A DNA stretch of 62,969 nt, filler included, from Chiloscyllium plagiosum (GCF_004010195.1; 4 parts of one record of this genome joined end to end with filler, not necessarily neighbours in it), one strand, 5' to 3'; positions 12,972 through 26,246 are shown, counted from the first letter of the whole stretch. The notes: generated by a model not told the origin, from the sequence alone. Numbers and translations: made by a program.

Positions 12972-13720
12972 TTTGCCAAAGCTATCTCATGTCCCCGTTT
13001 TGCCCTCCTGATTTCCCTCTTAAGTATACTCCTACTTCCTTTATACTCCTCTAAGGATTCACTCGATCTATCCTGTCTGTACCTGACATATGCTTCCTTC
13101 TTTTTCTTAACCAAACCCTCAATTTCTTTAGTCATCCAGCATTCCCTACACCTACCAACCTTCCCTTTCACCCTGACAGGAATATACTTTCTCTGGATTC
13201 TTGCTATCTTATTTCTGAAGGCTTCCCACTTTCCAGCCATCTGTTTACCTGCGAACATCTGCCTCTAATCAACTTTTGAACGTTTTTGCCTAATACCGTC
13301 AAAATTGGCCTCTCCAATTTAGAACTTCAACTTTTAGATCTGGTCTATCCTTTTCCATCACTATTTTAAAATGAATAGAATTATGGTCGCTGGCCCCAAA
13401 GTGCTCCACCACTGACACCTCAGTCATCTGCCTTGCCTTATTTCCCAAGAGCAGGTGAAGTTTTGCATCTTCTCTAGTAGGTACATCTACATACTGAATC
13501 AGAAAATTGTCTTGTACACACTTAAATTCCTCTCCATCTAAACCCTTAACACTATGGCAGTCCCAGTCGATGCTTGGGAAGTTAAAATCCCCTACCATAA
13601 CTACCCTATTATTCTTACAGATAGCTGAGATCTCCTTACAAGTTTGCTTCTCAATTTCCCTCTGACTATTGGGGGACTATAATACAGTTCCAATAAGGTG
13701 ATCTTCCCTTTCTTTATTCT
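12972..13720 (-). mobile_element. CR1 LINE fragment (endonuclease and linker region)
   Basis: VGDFNFPSIDW, HFGASDHNSIHF, LKREIRRAKRGHE. Confidence 0.9.
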
Positions 13721-14429
13721 TTACCTTTGAGGCAGTTTGGTACAAGAATGACTTTCTAGATAAGTTCAGGGGGTAGTTAAGAGTCAACAACATTTCTGTG
13801 AATCCAGAGCAATATGCAGGCCAGACTGGACCAAGACTAATTTCCTCCCCAGAATTACATTAGTGAACCAAATAGTTTTTATAATTTTGAGACTAGTATT
13901 TTCATTTTATTCAAGATTAATTGAATTTAAATTCCCCCCCAGTTGTTTTGATGGCATCTGAAACTATTTCTCCAGAGCGCATGTCAGCATTACTAGCCTT
14001 ACCATGATACATGTGTGAGGCACATTTTTCACACAAAGGGTGGAGGGGGTCTGGAATGTGCTGCCAGAGGAGATGGTGGAAGCAGACAAGCAGCACCTGG
14101 ACGAATCCATGGAATAGGAAGGGAAGAGAGGGATACGGATCCTGCAAGTGAGGCAGTTTAAGCATGAAAGAGCAAAAGGTGTCGGTGCAGGTTTGAATGA
14201 CTGAGTGGTCTAACCCTGTGCTGTATTGTTCTTTCTCTTATAACACAGTGATAGGGCTCCAGCTTCTGAGCAAGAAGCTCCAAGTTAAAGTCCCACCCTA
14301 GGGCTTGATGGCCAAGAAATGTGTTCATAAAGCAAACAGGTTAATAGCCAATCTGCAAAACCTTTCAATAAAAGCTAATAGCAGCTGATGAGATAATTTC
14401 ATGGTCAGCCAAGTGATGGAAAAAGTTGG

Positions 14430-16128
14430 AGCCTCAACCATCTTGACAGAGGTGGAACGAGTGGAGAGTGTCAAGCTCCTGGGAGTGGTCATCCACAACA
14501 AGCTTTCTTGGACTCATGTGGACACACTGGTCACAAAGGCCCAATGTCTCCTCTTCCACAAGAACAGGAAATTTGGCAGGACACCGAATACCCTTGCCAA
14601 CTTTTATAGGTGCACCATCAAGAGCATTGTTTCTTGATGTATCACTACCTGGTACGGCAACTGTACCATTCAAGATCAGATACTGTTACAGAGTGGTGAA
14701 CTCGGCCTGGACAATCACGGAGGCCAGCTGCCATCTATAGTAGCCATCTAGCAGGCCCCGCTGTCAAGAAAAGGCCGCCAGCATTCTCTAAAATCCATCC
14801 CACCCTGGCAATGCTTTTCTACAACCATCGGGGAGAAGGTAGAGAAGTCTGAACACATGCACCAGCCGGTTTCGTAACAATTTCTACCCTGTTGTTAGAA
14901 TAATAGAACATAGAAGAATACAGCGCAGTACAGGCCCTTGATGTTGCGCCGATCCAAGCCCACCTAACCTATACTAACCCACTATCCTCCATATACCTAT
15001 CCAATGCCCGCTTAAATGCCCATAAAGAGGGAGAGTCCACCACTGCTGCTGGCAGGGCATTCCATGAACTTACGACTCGCTGAGTGAAGAACCTACCCCT
15101 AACTTCAGTCCTATATCTACCCCCCCTTAATTTAAAGCTATGCCCCCTCGTAATAGCTGACTCCATACGNNNNNNNNNNNNNNNNNNNNNNNNNNNNNNN
15201 NNNNNNNNNNNNNNNNNNNNNNNNNNNNNNNNNNNNNNNNNNNNNNNNGTCTTATACGACTGCATCATGACCTCAGGGCTCCGGAACTCAATTCCTCTAC
15301 CAATAAAAGCCAGTACGCCATATGCCTTCCTCACCGCACTATTTACCTGGGTGGCAACTTTCAGAGATCTGTGTACATGGACACCAAGATCCCTCTGCTC
15401 ATCCACACTACCAAGTATCCGATCATTAGCCCAGTACCCCATCTTTTTGTTATTCTTCCCAAAGTGAATCACCTCACACTTAGCTACATTGTATTCCATT
15501 TGCCACCTTTCTGCCCAGCTCTGCAGCTTCTCTATATCCTGCTGTAGCCTGCCACATGCTTCCTCACTGTCAACAACTCCTCCGACTTTCGTATCATCCG
15601 CAAACTTGCTCACCCAACCTTCTAACCCCTCTTCCAGGTCATTTATAAAAATGACAAACAGCAATGGTCCCAAAAGAGATCCTTGTGGAACACCGCTAGT
15701 GACGGCACTCCATGTAGAAACTTTGCCATCAACTACTACCCTCTGTCTTCTTCCATCCAGCCAATTCCTAATCCAAACCTGCAACTCACCCTCAATGCCA
15801 TATCTCCGTATTTTCTGCAGTAGCCTACCATGGGGAACCTTATCAAACGCCTTACTAAAATCCATATATACCACATCTACCGCTTTCCCCTCATCAACCT
15901 CCTTCGTCACCTTTTCAAAGAATTCAATAAGGTTTGTGAGGCACGACCTGCCCTTCACATAATGAATGGACTCAAACTCTCAACATTCGCCTGTACCTGC
16001 GTTTTTGCTTTTGCTGCTGTTTACCTATTATTTACTATCTATGCCACTTAACTCTGGTCTGCTTGTATTGCTCGCAGGACAAAGCTTTTCACTGTGCCTC
16101 AGTACACGCGACAATAAATTCAAATCAA
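14430..16128 (+). mobile_element. Rex1/Babar-type LINE 3' end, split by a CR1 insertion at about 14904-15960
   Basis: VERVESVKLLGVVIHNKLSW...NFYRCTIKSI...CITTWYGNCT. The sequence resumes after the CR1 (ataat on both sides) and ends gacaataaattcaaatcaa. Confidence 0.7.
14904..15960 (-). mobile_element. Young CR1 LINE, 5'-truncated (RT C-terminal half open apart from an N gap)
   Basis: ORF 14969-15958 contains DFSKAFDKVPH, GVPQGSLLGPLLFVIFINDL and KFADDTKVGG. Confidence 0.95.
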
Positions 16129-16624
16129 TTGGTTATCCACAGCTCCAAGCCATAGTATGTAAAAGTGCATGTTAATACAGTAACAGAACCCATGATTTGT
16201 AGATACTACGACCATTTTTATACAGACATTGACTTACATCATGCTTCCTAATAGTGTCATTAGGAAGAGGAATACCGATGAATCATTTCTTTGCTCAAAT
16301 CTTAATACACAGCAGAGAACACTTACCTCAAGTGACATGGTCACAAATCAGCAAACTGATGAGACAAGGAACTTCTAGGTTCCCCCCACCCCCACAGAAC
16401 ACAGCCAATGCCCCTGAAGAATGCCATTCGATCATCTAACAGAATTCACCAGTAAGCCTGATTCTGCTTGCAAACATTCCTAGCTACAAACGTTGCCGTA
16501 AACTCGTGACAATTCTGTGACATTCAATGTCTCAATGCTCTCATGCAACTTCGATAACCAAATCAGAATTAACACGCAAACACCCCTACTCTTATCAAAT
16601 GTTGCCTTGCTGATAGTCTTATTT

Positions 16625-16795
16625 ATTCATCACTAAAGCAGATATATGACTGTTTTGTTGCTTATGGACACTAGCTGTGCACAAATTAGTTATGTTTTTC
16701 TACATTACAACAGTTATCTACACCTCAAACTGAGTTCAATGGCTGTGAAACACCAACGTTTTGATGTGGTAGAGAACTACATAAATAAGCCATGT
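16625..16795 (+). mobile_element. DeuSINE (AmnSINE1/SacSINE1-like) 3' remnant
   Basis: catcactaaagcagat...gctgtgcacaaatt...ctacattacaacagt...tggctgtgaa...tacataaat resembles my recollection of the Deu-domain SINE 3' half. Not verified by alignment. Confidence 0.55.
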
Positions 16796-16999
16796 TTAAT
16801 CAAGCTATTTCAAATTTCTTCACTCAATTAACCACTTTAGAGGTGCACTGACTTGTGCATAGAAATGTCCCAGTTAAGTTTAAAAAAAAGCACTGAAAGA
16901 CGAGCTGAGAGAAGTGTGTTCAAACAGGTAAAGTTAAATGAGATTAAATATCAGTATATGGTGACAGAAAATTCAAAACTTAAAGACAGGCTAAGAATA

Positions 17000-17275
17000 A
17001 TGGGTTAAAAATATTCAGAACTGAGATGAGGAAGAACTTCTTCAGACATGGGAATCTGTGGAATTCTCTATCACAGAAAGGTAGGGACCGGTTTGTTAGT
17101 TATATTCCAGAGAGAACTGGACATAGGTTTGTGGCTAAAGGGATTAAGGGATATGGAGAGAAAATGGGAATGGGATAGTGAGATTACATGATCAGCCATG
17201 ATCATACTGAATGGTCGAGCAGGTGCAAAGGACCGAATGGCCTACTCCTGCACCTATTTTCTACTTTTCTATCTT
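17000..17275 (+). mobile_element. CR1 3' tail fragment
   Basis: gaactgagatgaggaagaacttcttc...gatcagccatgatcatactgaatgg...cctactcctgcacctatt. Confidence 0.8.
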
Positions 17276-17339
17276 AAGGTAAACAAACAACCAAATAATG
17301 ACAACTCAGCTCATCCCTACAAACTTGGATAGTCACAGT

Positions 17340-18212
17340 GTCTCTCAGACACTCTTATTCCACCACCCCCCACCCACATACATACACACACGTGTGCGCA
17401 GTTTGTGAGGTTAATTTGTCCTTTGAGAATTGCATTTTATTTTGCTCAAAAACTGTGAATCCATGTAAGATTCTGCAAATCCTTTTTTAAAAATAGAATC
17501 AGTCTGAATATTGGGGCACAGACAGCCTCACACAGGGCACCTCACACCTTCAATGCATTATCTGACGACATGGCACATATTGTTAAAGTTCACTTAAGAA
17601 TTAACTTCTTAAAAATGTTCTGGGATTTACATATGAAAGAGCTGAAACCAATATGGTCATTCTAAAAGTTGAGAGACTTAAACAATCCAGGTCTTTTTCA
17701 ATATATAATTTCAGTTATATCACACCGTTGTGGGCGGTACGGTGGCACAGTGGTTAGCACTGCTGCCTCACAGCGCCAGAGACCCGGGTTCAATTCCCGA
17801 CTCAGGTGACTGACTGTGTGGAGTTTGCACATTCTCCCCGTGTCTGCGTGGGTTTCCTCCGGGTGCTCCGGTTTCCTCCCACAGTCCAAAGATGTGCGGG
17901 GTCAGGTGAATTGGCCATGCTAAATTGCCCGTAGTGTTAGGTTAAAGGGGTAAATGTAGGGGTATGGGTGGGTTGCGCTTCGGCGGGTCGGTGTGGACTT
18001 GTTGGGCCGAAGGGCCTGTTTCCACACTAAGTAATCTAATCTAATCTAAACTTTTGCTATAAATTCTGTGTCTTACAATCTTATACTCCACAACCACCTG
18101 AAGGAGCAGCGCTCCGAAAGCTAGTGCTTCCAATTAAACCTGTTGGACTATAACCTGGTGTTGTGCGGTTTTTAACTTCATATCCCAGTCCAACACCAGC
18201 ACCTCCAAAGCT
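17340..18212 (+). mobile_element. Penelope-like family B terminal repeat, interrupted by an HE1 SINE
   Basis: Colinear with 5970-6460. Hammerhead remnant cac-ctgaaggagcagcgctccgaaagcta-gtg at 18095-18126. Confidence 0.8.
17732..18048 (+). mobile_element. HE1/V-SINE, full length
   Basis: tRNA-derived head (A box tggcacagtgg, B box ggttcaattcc), V-domain, CR1-like tail and (aatct)n end. Confidence 0.92.
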
Positions 18213-18542
18213 TGGATGGTCAAATATGTGAAGCAACAATTTGGCCATGTTACAATACTTTCTCAAAGCACATGATCAGCATCAGCAGCAATTAGATTTT
18301 TTGCTAATTTGTTTCTACTGATTCCTAATTGCTGCTGAAATTGGAAGTTTAAAAGCTTGGGTTTAAAATCTGGAATTGTTAGCATGTTCGGTTAACACTG
18401 GCTTTGTATGTCACTTTCAAATCTGTCCAAATTCTTTGTTGAATTATGCAACATTTTCTGCATCAACTACTCCCAGTGACAAAGAATGCCAAGCTCCAAG
18501 TCTTAATTCTTCTCTTCACTATAGATTTGGGATGTTGATAAG

Positions 18543-19068
18543 TCAATTCATACACTCTATAATGATAATCACATTCTTTCATAATCTCAAAAGCCTTTAC
18601 CATATTTTTATGGTTGCCTCAGTTTTGTAAAATTAATAGTTTGTCTCAACTCTTTGCTCATTCCTATCAACTAAGGACACAACAGATCCTTGCTAACGAC
18701 AATTCAATGTATCCCACATGATCAATCGAATGGTAAAATAGGTCTGAGCAGCTGCATTGCCTACTCCTGGTTCTGTGCTTCTACGAGAATCAAATAAGCA
18801 AGGCTGCCAAAATTTTGAGTAAATATCTTTTCTAAAAGGAGTAAAAAAGTAGTTATACTTTTTAGCATATTTGAGTTTGGCTATTTTTCTGGACTTGGGA
18901 TACATTGAATTGTCATTAGCAAGGGTCTGTTGTGTTCTTAGTTGATAGGAATGAGTAAAGAGTTTAGACACATTAAACATTTTACAAAACTGAGGTAACC
19001 ACAAAAATATAGTAAAGGCTTTTGAGATTATGAAGGAATGTGGTTAGCATATCGAGTGCATGAATTGA
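18543..19068. repeat. Inverted repeat with arms of about 175 nt (18543-18716 and 18896-19068) around a spacer of about 180 nt
   Basis: For example, ataatctcaaaagcctttac pairs with gtaaaggcttttgagattat, and gacaattcaatgtatccca pairs with tgggatacattgaattgtc. Confidence 0.9.
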
Positions 19069-19071
19069 TGA

Positions 19072-21620
19072 CATGGCTGATCTCATCTTGGCCTCAACTC
19101 CACTCTCCTGCCTACTCTCCTTGGATGCTGCCTGAACTGCTGTGCTCTTCCAGCACCACTAATCCAGAATCTGGTTTCCAGCATCTGCAGTCATTGTTTT
19201 TAACCTCTTTACTCTCCATAACTCTTTAATCCATTACCAAATTAAATATCTGTCCATATCCTCAAATTTACTCAACGCCCCAACATCCACACTGGGGCAG
19301 TGATTTCCACGGATTCACAAACCTTTCAGAGGTAATTTTTTCTCATCTCAGCATTAAATCTGCTACCCCTTGTCCTCAAACTATAACCTCTCATTCTAGA
19401 TTGCTTCATGAGGAAACATCTCGCATTCTCATTAATCCCCTATCCCACCTTCTGCACCTCAATTCAATCTCCTCACATTCTTCTAAACTCAAGTCTATCG
19501 GCCTAAACCGTTCAATGTCAACACAAGAGAAACTCCATATCCCTAGAATCCATCTAGCAAACCCTCTAAACTGCCCCCAATACATTTACAACCCTTAAAT
19601 AAGGAGACTTGAATGGATTACAATACTCTGGGTGCAGTCTCAGTATTGCTTTGTACCCTATTCTTTTAGCAACTAAATGTGAAACTTCAATTTGCCTTCT
19701 TCATTACCTGCTGTACCTGTATACTAATTTCCCATGGTTTACGCACAAGGATACCCAAAGCACTCTGATGTTTCTCTCCATTTAGATAGAGCCATAGAGA
19801 TGTACAGCATGGAAACAGACCCTTTGGTCCAACCTGTTCATGCCAACCAGATATCCCAACCCAATCTAGTCCCACCTGCCAGCACCCAACCCATATCCCT
19901 CCAAACCCTTCCTATTCATATACCCACCAAATGCCTCTTCAATGTTGCAATTGTACCAGCCTCCACCACATCCTCTGGCAGCTCATTCCACCGATAGGAA
20001 GGAGACCAGAATTGCTCGCAATATTCCAACAGTGGCCTAACCAATGTTCTGTACAGCCACAACATGACCACCCAACTCCTGTACTCAATACTCTGACCAA
20101 TAAAGGAAAGCATACCAAACACCTCCTTCACTATCCTATCTACCTGCAATTCCACTTTCAAGGAGCTATGAACCTGCACTCCAAGGTCTCTTTGTTCAGC
20201 AACATTCCCTAGGACCGAGATGATAAGTTGTTTCTGTTCTTCCATCCAAAGTGGATAACTTTACTTCTCCACATTAAACTCCATCTACCACATTCCTGCC
20301 CATTCACCCGACCTATCCACATCCAATTGTAAATTTATTTCTTCGTCACAACTTACTTTCCCACCTATTTAATGTTGTCTGCAAATTTGACACTAGTATG
20401 TTTTACCCCCACATCCAAGTCATTAACAAGATAGTAAATGTGGGGCCCGACGACCAAACCCTATGGCATTCCACGAGTTATACTTTGCCAACCAGAAGAC
20501 CCATTTATCCTGATATTTCTACTTGGTCCTTTAGCCAATCCATTATCTACGCTAATACATTCCCCCATACACCATGTGCTCTTACGTTATATATTAATCT
20601 TTTATATGACACCTGAATAGCTGCCTTCTGCATACTACATCTACAGGATCCTCAACAGCTATTGTACTTGTTACATCTTCAGAAACACTCACAAGTTAGT
20701 CAAACATGATTTACCATTCATAAACCATGCTGACTGATAGACTGTATTTTGACTTTCCAAACGTCCTGTTATTACTTCCTTAACAGATTCTCACAATTTG
20801 CAACTAAGCATATTAAACTGATTAGTCTGTCATTTCCTACTCTTTATTCCCTGCTCTTTTTCAATAAGGGCATCATATTAATATTTTTCCAATCCACTGG
20901 AACCTTTTCTACATCCAGGGAATTTTGGAATATACCTGTGCCAATAGTCAGTACTTTTTTCCCCGAGTGGTTGAGTTTTGTTTAAGTTCCCCTTTCTATA
21001 ACTGTTACCATGGGGATTGTACTGGTCTCCACCATGAAAACTGAAGTAAAACTAGTTTACTTACTCTGCCATCTGTGTTCCACACTAAATCCACAGTCTC
21101 ATTCTCCAAGCGATCAACATTCACTTCAGTTACTCTTCCCTTTTTATATACTTGCAGAAGCTTTGCTGTTTATATATTTTGCACTGTTTTTAGTAATTTA
21201 CCATTGCTTTTCTATGACTTTAGTAACCTTTTGATCTTCAGAAATTTCCCAATATGCCAATCTGCTACTTATTTTATAAATATGGCATTTGTTAATTTGG
21301 TCTTTGCAATATATCAACATCCTTGCTTAGCCATGGATGATCGTTTCCCCTTTTTGCTGAATGGAATATACTTTAGCTGGCAGCAATTCCGTACCTCAGC
21401 AAACAGGTGCCACTGCTCATCAACTGTCTAGTCTTTAGTTTTCTCACCCAGACCATTAAGGCAAGATCTATCCTCATATTTATGTAATTACCTTTAACTC
21501 CAGACTCCCACTAATGAGGAACTCGTTTCTTGCCTTCAAACTGAATTTGAAATTCTCTCATACGATGATCACTTTCCCCCACAGGATCCTTTACTACGCA
21601 CTCATTAATGAATCCCTTTA
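19072..21620 (-). mobile_element. Old CR1 LINE with nested elements: PLE fragment 19121-19209 (TSD tactctcc) and younger CR1 tail at about 19785-20215
   Basis: Decayed RT and endonuclease-like sequence throughout. The nested ORF 19916-20245 reads LVRPLLEYCEQFWSPSY. Confidence 0.75.
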
Positions 21621-22391
21621 AAGAAGGACTAGAATGCTAAACTTTGAAATTTATTTTCTAAGAAGATTTTAGATCTTGATACCTTTGTACTGAAGATGTG
21701 CCAGAAAATGGTGACTTTGTACACTCCACTGTACACTCACCCCTGTACTTGAGTACTTGACAATAGATCTAATTCTCATTACATAATATCAAATCAGAAT
21801 AGCGTGCTCTTGATTGGTTCCACAATATGGAACAAATGGAATATTCAGTATGTTTGAACTAGACATCTCCTCCAGTAGTTATTAAGAGTTCAGACTGAGA
21901 AAACTTTCCAGCTTATGACAGGATATACAAGATGGAGATGGCTGGCCCATACAGAAAAATTGCTGTTCATCAGCAATGCAAAGGTCAATTACAAGACATT
22001 TGAATATTCAATTCATTTATTTTTAAACAGCTTATTTTGGACTGAATTTTAAATATATCAAATAATGAAGTTGCTAAGCAATGCAAAACTGCATTTTTTT
22101 TTACACCAAAGTTTTGCCACAAGAACAAGCATTTTCAATGTAAGAGTAAACGAAATCTTGCCTCATTCGGATCAAACACTGGTAGGAACACATCTGGATT
22201 ATTGTGTGCAGTCCTGGCCTTCACCACTAAGGAAGGATATATTTGAGTGTGGGGAGTGCAGTAGAGACTCACCAGATTGATTCTTGGGATGGGAGGACCA
22301 TTCCCAGATTGGAGATCGAGGAGAACGGGCCTGTATTCAAGTTTGGACGAATGAGGGGCAATCTTAGAAAGCTATAAAATTCTCAGAGTTA

Positions 22392-22824
22392 ATCCATAAA
22401 CGAGCTCTTTCTCAACTGCAGCTGTTTAGACATGACCTCCTCTCCCTCGTAGCCCTACACACGGATGAAAAAAACCACCATTTCGACTGGGACAACACAT
22501 CTATCAGGCTAAGCAAAGACATGCCAGACAATTCCTAGAGGCCTGGCACTCCAACCACAATGCCATAAACAAACACACAGATCTAGATACCATCTATCAA
22601 CCCCTCAGAAAACAAACAGGAAATGACATCACCACAAACCCCAGGAACCACATCCAGGAGAAAGATATAAATAGAAAGCAGGAGACAACAGCTTTGTTTC
22701 ACTTGGAGGTTGCCACTGATGTTACCGAGCCAGGTAATGAAATGTCTGGATATCAAACCTACAGCTCAGTGAGCAAACCTACACCCTAAACCTCAAACTG
22801 AGCTACAAATCTTCACAAACCTTG
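22392..22824 (+). mobile_element. Penelope-like element 3' end (family C): GIY-YIG C-terminus and terminal repeat with decayed hammerhead
   Basis: RHDLLSLVALHTDEKNHHFDWDNTSI/AKQRHARQFLEAWHSNHNAINKHTDLDTIYQPL. Motif cca-ctgatgttacc-gagcca-ggtaat-gaaatgtc-tgg at 22713-22749. Sits inside a decayed plus-strand CR1 (about 22120-23420). Confidence 0.8.
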
Positions 22825-22875
22825 CAGAGGTTTAGAACTAGAGAAGACAATTTCACAAACGTCAAGCCATTATTA

Positions 22876-23186
22876 GGAGTGGCACGGTGGCTCAGTGATT
22901 AGCACTGTTGCCTCACAGCACCAAGGTCCCAGGTTCGATTCCAGCCTCAGGCAAGTGTCCATATGGAGTTTGCACATTGTGTCTGCGTCGGTTTCCTCTG
23001 GGTGCTCCGGTATCCTCCCACAGTCCAAAGATATGCAGGTCAGGTGAATTGGCCATTCTAAATTGCCCATAGATTAGGTGCGTTAGTTAGGGAAAGGACA
23101 ATGGGTGGGTTACTCTTCGGAGGATCGGTGTGGACTTGTTGGGCCAAAGGGCCTGTTTCCACACTGTAGGGAATCTAATCTAAAAA
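22876..23186 (+). mobile_element. HE1/V-SINE
   Basis: A/B boxes, V-domain and aatct tail. TSD attatta at 22869-22875 and 23187-23193. Confidence 0.9.
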
Positions 23187-24198
23187 ATTATTAGGACAGA
23201 GATGTGGAGTAGCTTCTTCAGAGTCTGGCAAATCTTTTGAACTCTGTAGCCCAGAGGGCTGCCATTACACTCAGTCCAAGACAGACTAATGGATCTCTTG
23301 TTACAAATTCCATCAAGGTCTATGGAGAAAGTGCAGGAGATGGCATTGAAATCAATGCTCGGCCAAGATTAGAATGAAGCAGGCTTGGGTGACTAAATAG
23401 TATTCTCCTACTTCCTGTTACAGGAGCATTTCTAACAGATTCAAGGGAAAATGTTTAGTCGGCTTTGGTACAATAGTCTATAGGGACAAAGCTAAGACAC
23501 ATCCTGGATTTGTGTAATGGGATCTTATCTGCACCCTTCAGCTTCAGTTATATTCCAAATTATTGGTAATGATGCTGCAACCTATCAGGGCACCTGGGAC
23601 CTTTGAGTGTAACGGAACCAACACTTGAGCCCTTTAATGAAGGGCACGGATAGAAATAGAAACAGGCAGAGAAGAAAATAGAATAAATTTGGCTAAATTA
23701 GAATAGAGAAATATCATAAAAGACTGGATTGAGAAAGGTAATTAGCAAAGACAAAAGAACACAATTTGCACATACCACATAAAACAATTAAGTATCTGCA
23801 GAGTGTGACCTCAGTTCAAACTACTGCCTTTCAAGATGACAACTCACTACCATCTTGCAAGGCAATAAGAATGGATGATAAATGCTGGCCTATCCAATAA
23901 CACATGTGAAAGAATAAATAAAAATTAGAAAGGACCTTGTGCATGATATACCAATGCTAGGTTTATGGTAATTTTATTTTACATGCACTCTGCAATGCAA
24001 GAATCTCTTCGAAACACTTGGAGCAACTGAAAATGCCATTTTTGCATGGTTCATAGAAAATCAACAGCTGTGTGTTGACTGACTATTTATGACAAAAATT
24101 GCTAATAGAATAAATGTTTGCTAATTTCACCAGAAAATTCTGACTCATATGGTGGTGCCATAGTTTAAATAAACTTTTGTTTTACAGGTAGTGAAAAA

Positions 24199-24217
24199 TA
24201 CTGCCCTCTGCTGGCAA
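24199..24217 (-). promoter_or_regulatory. Candidate CTCF-binding motif
   Basis: Minus strand TTGCCAGCAGAGGGCAGTA matches the CTCF core CCASYAGRKGGCRS. Lies in AT-rich, repeat-poor DNA. Confidence 0.6.
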
Positions 24218-25554
24218 GATGAAAAAATTCAAATGGTATACACAATTACACAGTCTAATAATGAGTTCAGAGTCCATTTAGAAATGGAGGCTGTAGAGCT
24301 TTAACCTTAACAAATGGCTATTTTAATTCATAAATACGGTGTCATTTTTTAAAATGGAATATAACATTCCTAAAGTGTATTAAAGTTTTGGTCATCTGTT
24401 TTCAGCTACAACTTGCCAGAGAGGTCAAAGTAACTTCTAAACACTGACACTCAAATTTCAATTACAAGTTCTACAATAAGGGGGAGGCAGGTGTTGCAAG
24501 ATAATCAACCTTTCAAGGAAGAAACAATGCAATCTATGCTTTCATATTATACGGATCTTAAGTGGGTTAAGCTAATGTCAATCATTTTCCTCCAACTACT
24601 CATCTTAACTCAGTGACCTACTCTCTTCCCACCACATTGGAATTAGAATCAAAGCTATTCGGTGGCGGTAGTGAGAGGAAGGGAAACGAAAAGGAAAAGG
24701 AGTGAGAGGAAGTAAAAGAAAACGTGAGCTTAAAAGAATGGAATAAAATTGTGTAAGAAAGGAAAAAAAACTAAAATCTAGTTATCAATCCTTTACATAT
24801 GAGAAGTGGAGGGAAAATACACAAAGTGACCTTTGAGTTGTATTAGATTATTGTAACGTACAAAATAAGGTTGTAAAGAGATGACAGTGGACAGTGGCGT
24901 GCTGCACCTATAGGGATGTCCGAATCAATGCTAATGAACCTGCTAAGTATTTTGTCCCATAAGGCAGTCATGTCCCCTACGGTAGGTAATGAAGCAAAGG
25001 TGACTCAGACAGGTGAAAATGGCGCAGGTCGATTTGTGAAGCATCAGCCGCTGCTGCTGTCCAATAGAATGAAGGAAAGTCTCTGAATGAATGATATAGG
25101 AAGCACTGAGGTAGGGGAGCAAAGATGGCAGAGATAGGAGGAGAGAACTATAAATAAATCTGTTAAGGGGGAAATAAATACTGTCTTTTCAAGCTGGGAA
25201 CTCTGAAGGCTATATTACCTCCTATTAGTAGGGAAGTAATAGAATTTTGCCTGGCAAGGAGTGACATCGCATTCTGGAAATGTTAAGATTGAGGGGGCAA
25301 GTATTCATTTACAACAGGGTAAACCCTCCTGCTTAATTTAAAACCAGCAACACAAAAGATTTATCCCCTGCAGTAAAATCCAGCCACTGGATTTTAAGTA
25401 AAAAAATTAACAAATTTCTTAAAGTATAACAGAATTAACTAACCACTTCATACAATATTTTGCTCTAACCTATCTTTTAGCTCTCCTCCTACATTATTGG
25501 CCTGATAAAACCCCCAATTAAAATTTACAAAACATTTCAAAAACCAGGCAGCTT

Positions 25555-26246
25555 TAGAACATAGAACAATACAGCACAGAACAGGCCCTTCGGCCCACGA
25601 TGTTGTGCCGAACATTGTGCCGAACATTTGTCCTAGCTTAAGCACCCATCCATGTAGCTAATTGCCGCTTAAAAGGTCACCAAAGATTCTGACTCTACCA
25701 CTCCCACAGGCAGCGCATTTCATGCCCCCACCACTCTCTGGGTAAAGAACCCACCCGACATCTCCCCTATACCTTCCACCCTTCACCTTAAATTTAGACC
25801 TATTCTCCATTCCATGCAACATCCTGGTAAATCTTCTCTGCACCCTCTCCAAAGCTTCCACATCTTTCCTAAAGTGAGGCGACCAGAACTGCACACAGTA
25901 CTCCAAATGTGGCCTAACCAAGGTCCTGTACAGCTGCAACATCACTTCACGACTCTTGAATTCAATCCCTCTGCTAATAAACGCTAATACATCATAGGCA
26001 TTCTGACAAACTCTATCCACCCGAGTGGCAACTTTCAAAGATCTATGAACATAGACCCCAAGATCCCTCTGCTCCTCCACCTTACTAAGAACCCTACCGT
26101 TAACCCTGTATTCCGCATTCTTATTTGTCCTTCCAAAATGGACCTCACACTTGGCAGGGTTGAACTCCATCTGCCACTCCTCAGCCCAGCTCTGCATCAT
26201 ATCTAAGTCTCTTTGCAGCCGACAACAGCCCTCCTCACTATCCACT
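25555..26246 (-). mobile_element. Young CR1 LINE 3' fragment
   Basis: ORF 25658-26245 reads LQRDLD..QSWAEEWQMEFN and LVRPHLEYCVQFWSPHFRKD. Its tail is nearly identical to 62866-62969. Confidence 0.93.

Noticed and set aside
17732..17805. tRNA-like sequences with A/B boxes (also 22876, 30116, 38411, 40677)
   Set aside because: These are SINE heads continuing into SINE bodies, not tRNA genes.
18543..19068. MITE or miRNA-precursor reading of the long inverted repeat
   Set aside because: No TSD, and the split CR1 tail is better explained by an inversion with duplication.
24026..24082. Peptide TENAIFAWFIE, reminiscent of the pogo/Tigger CENP-B-type HTH
   Set aside because: Too short, stops soon after, and there are no other transposase motifs or terminal repeats.
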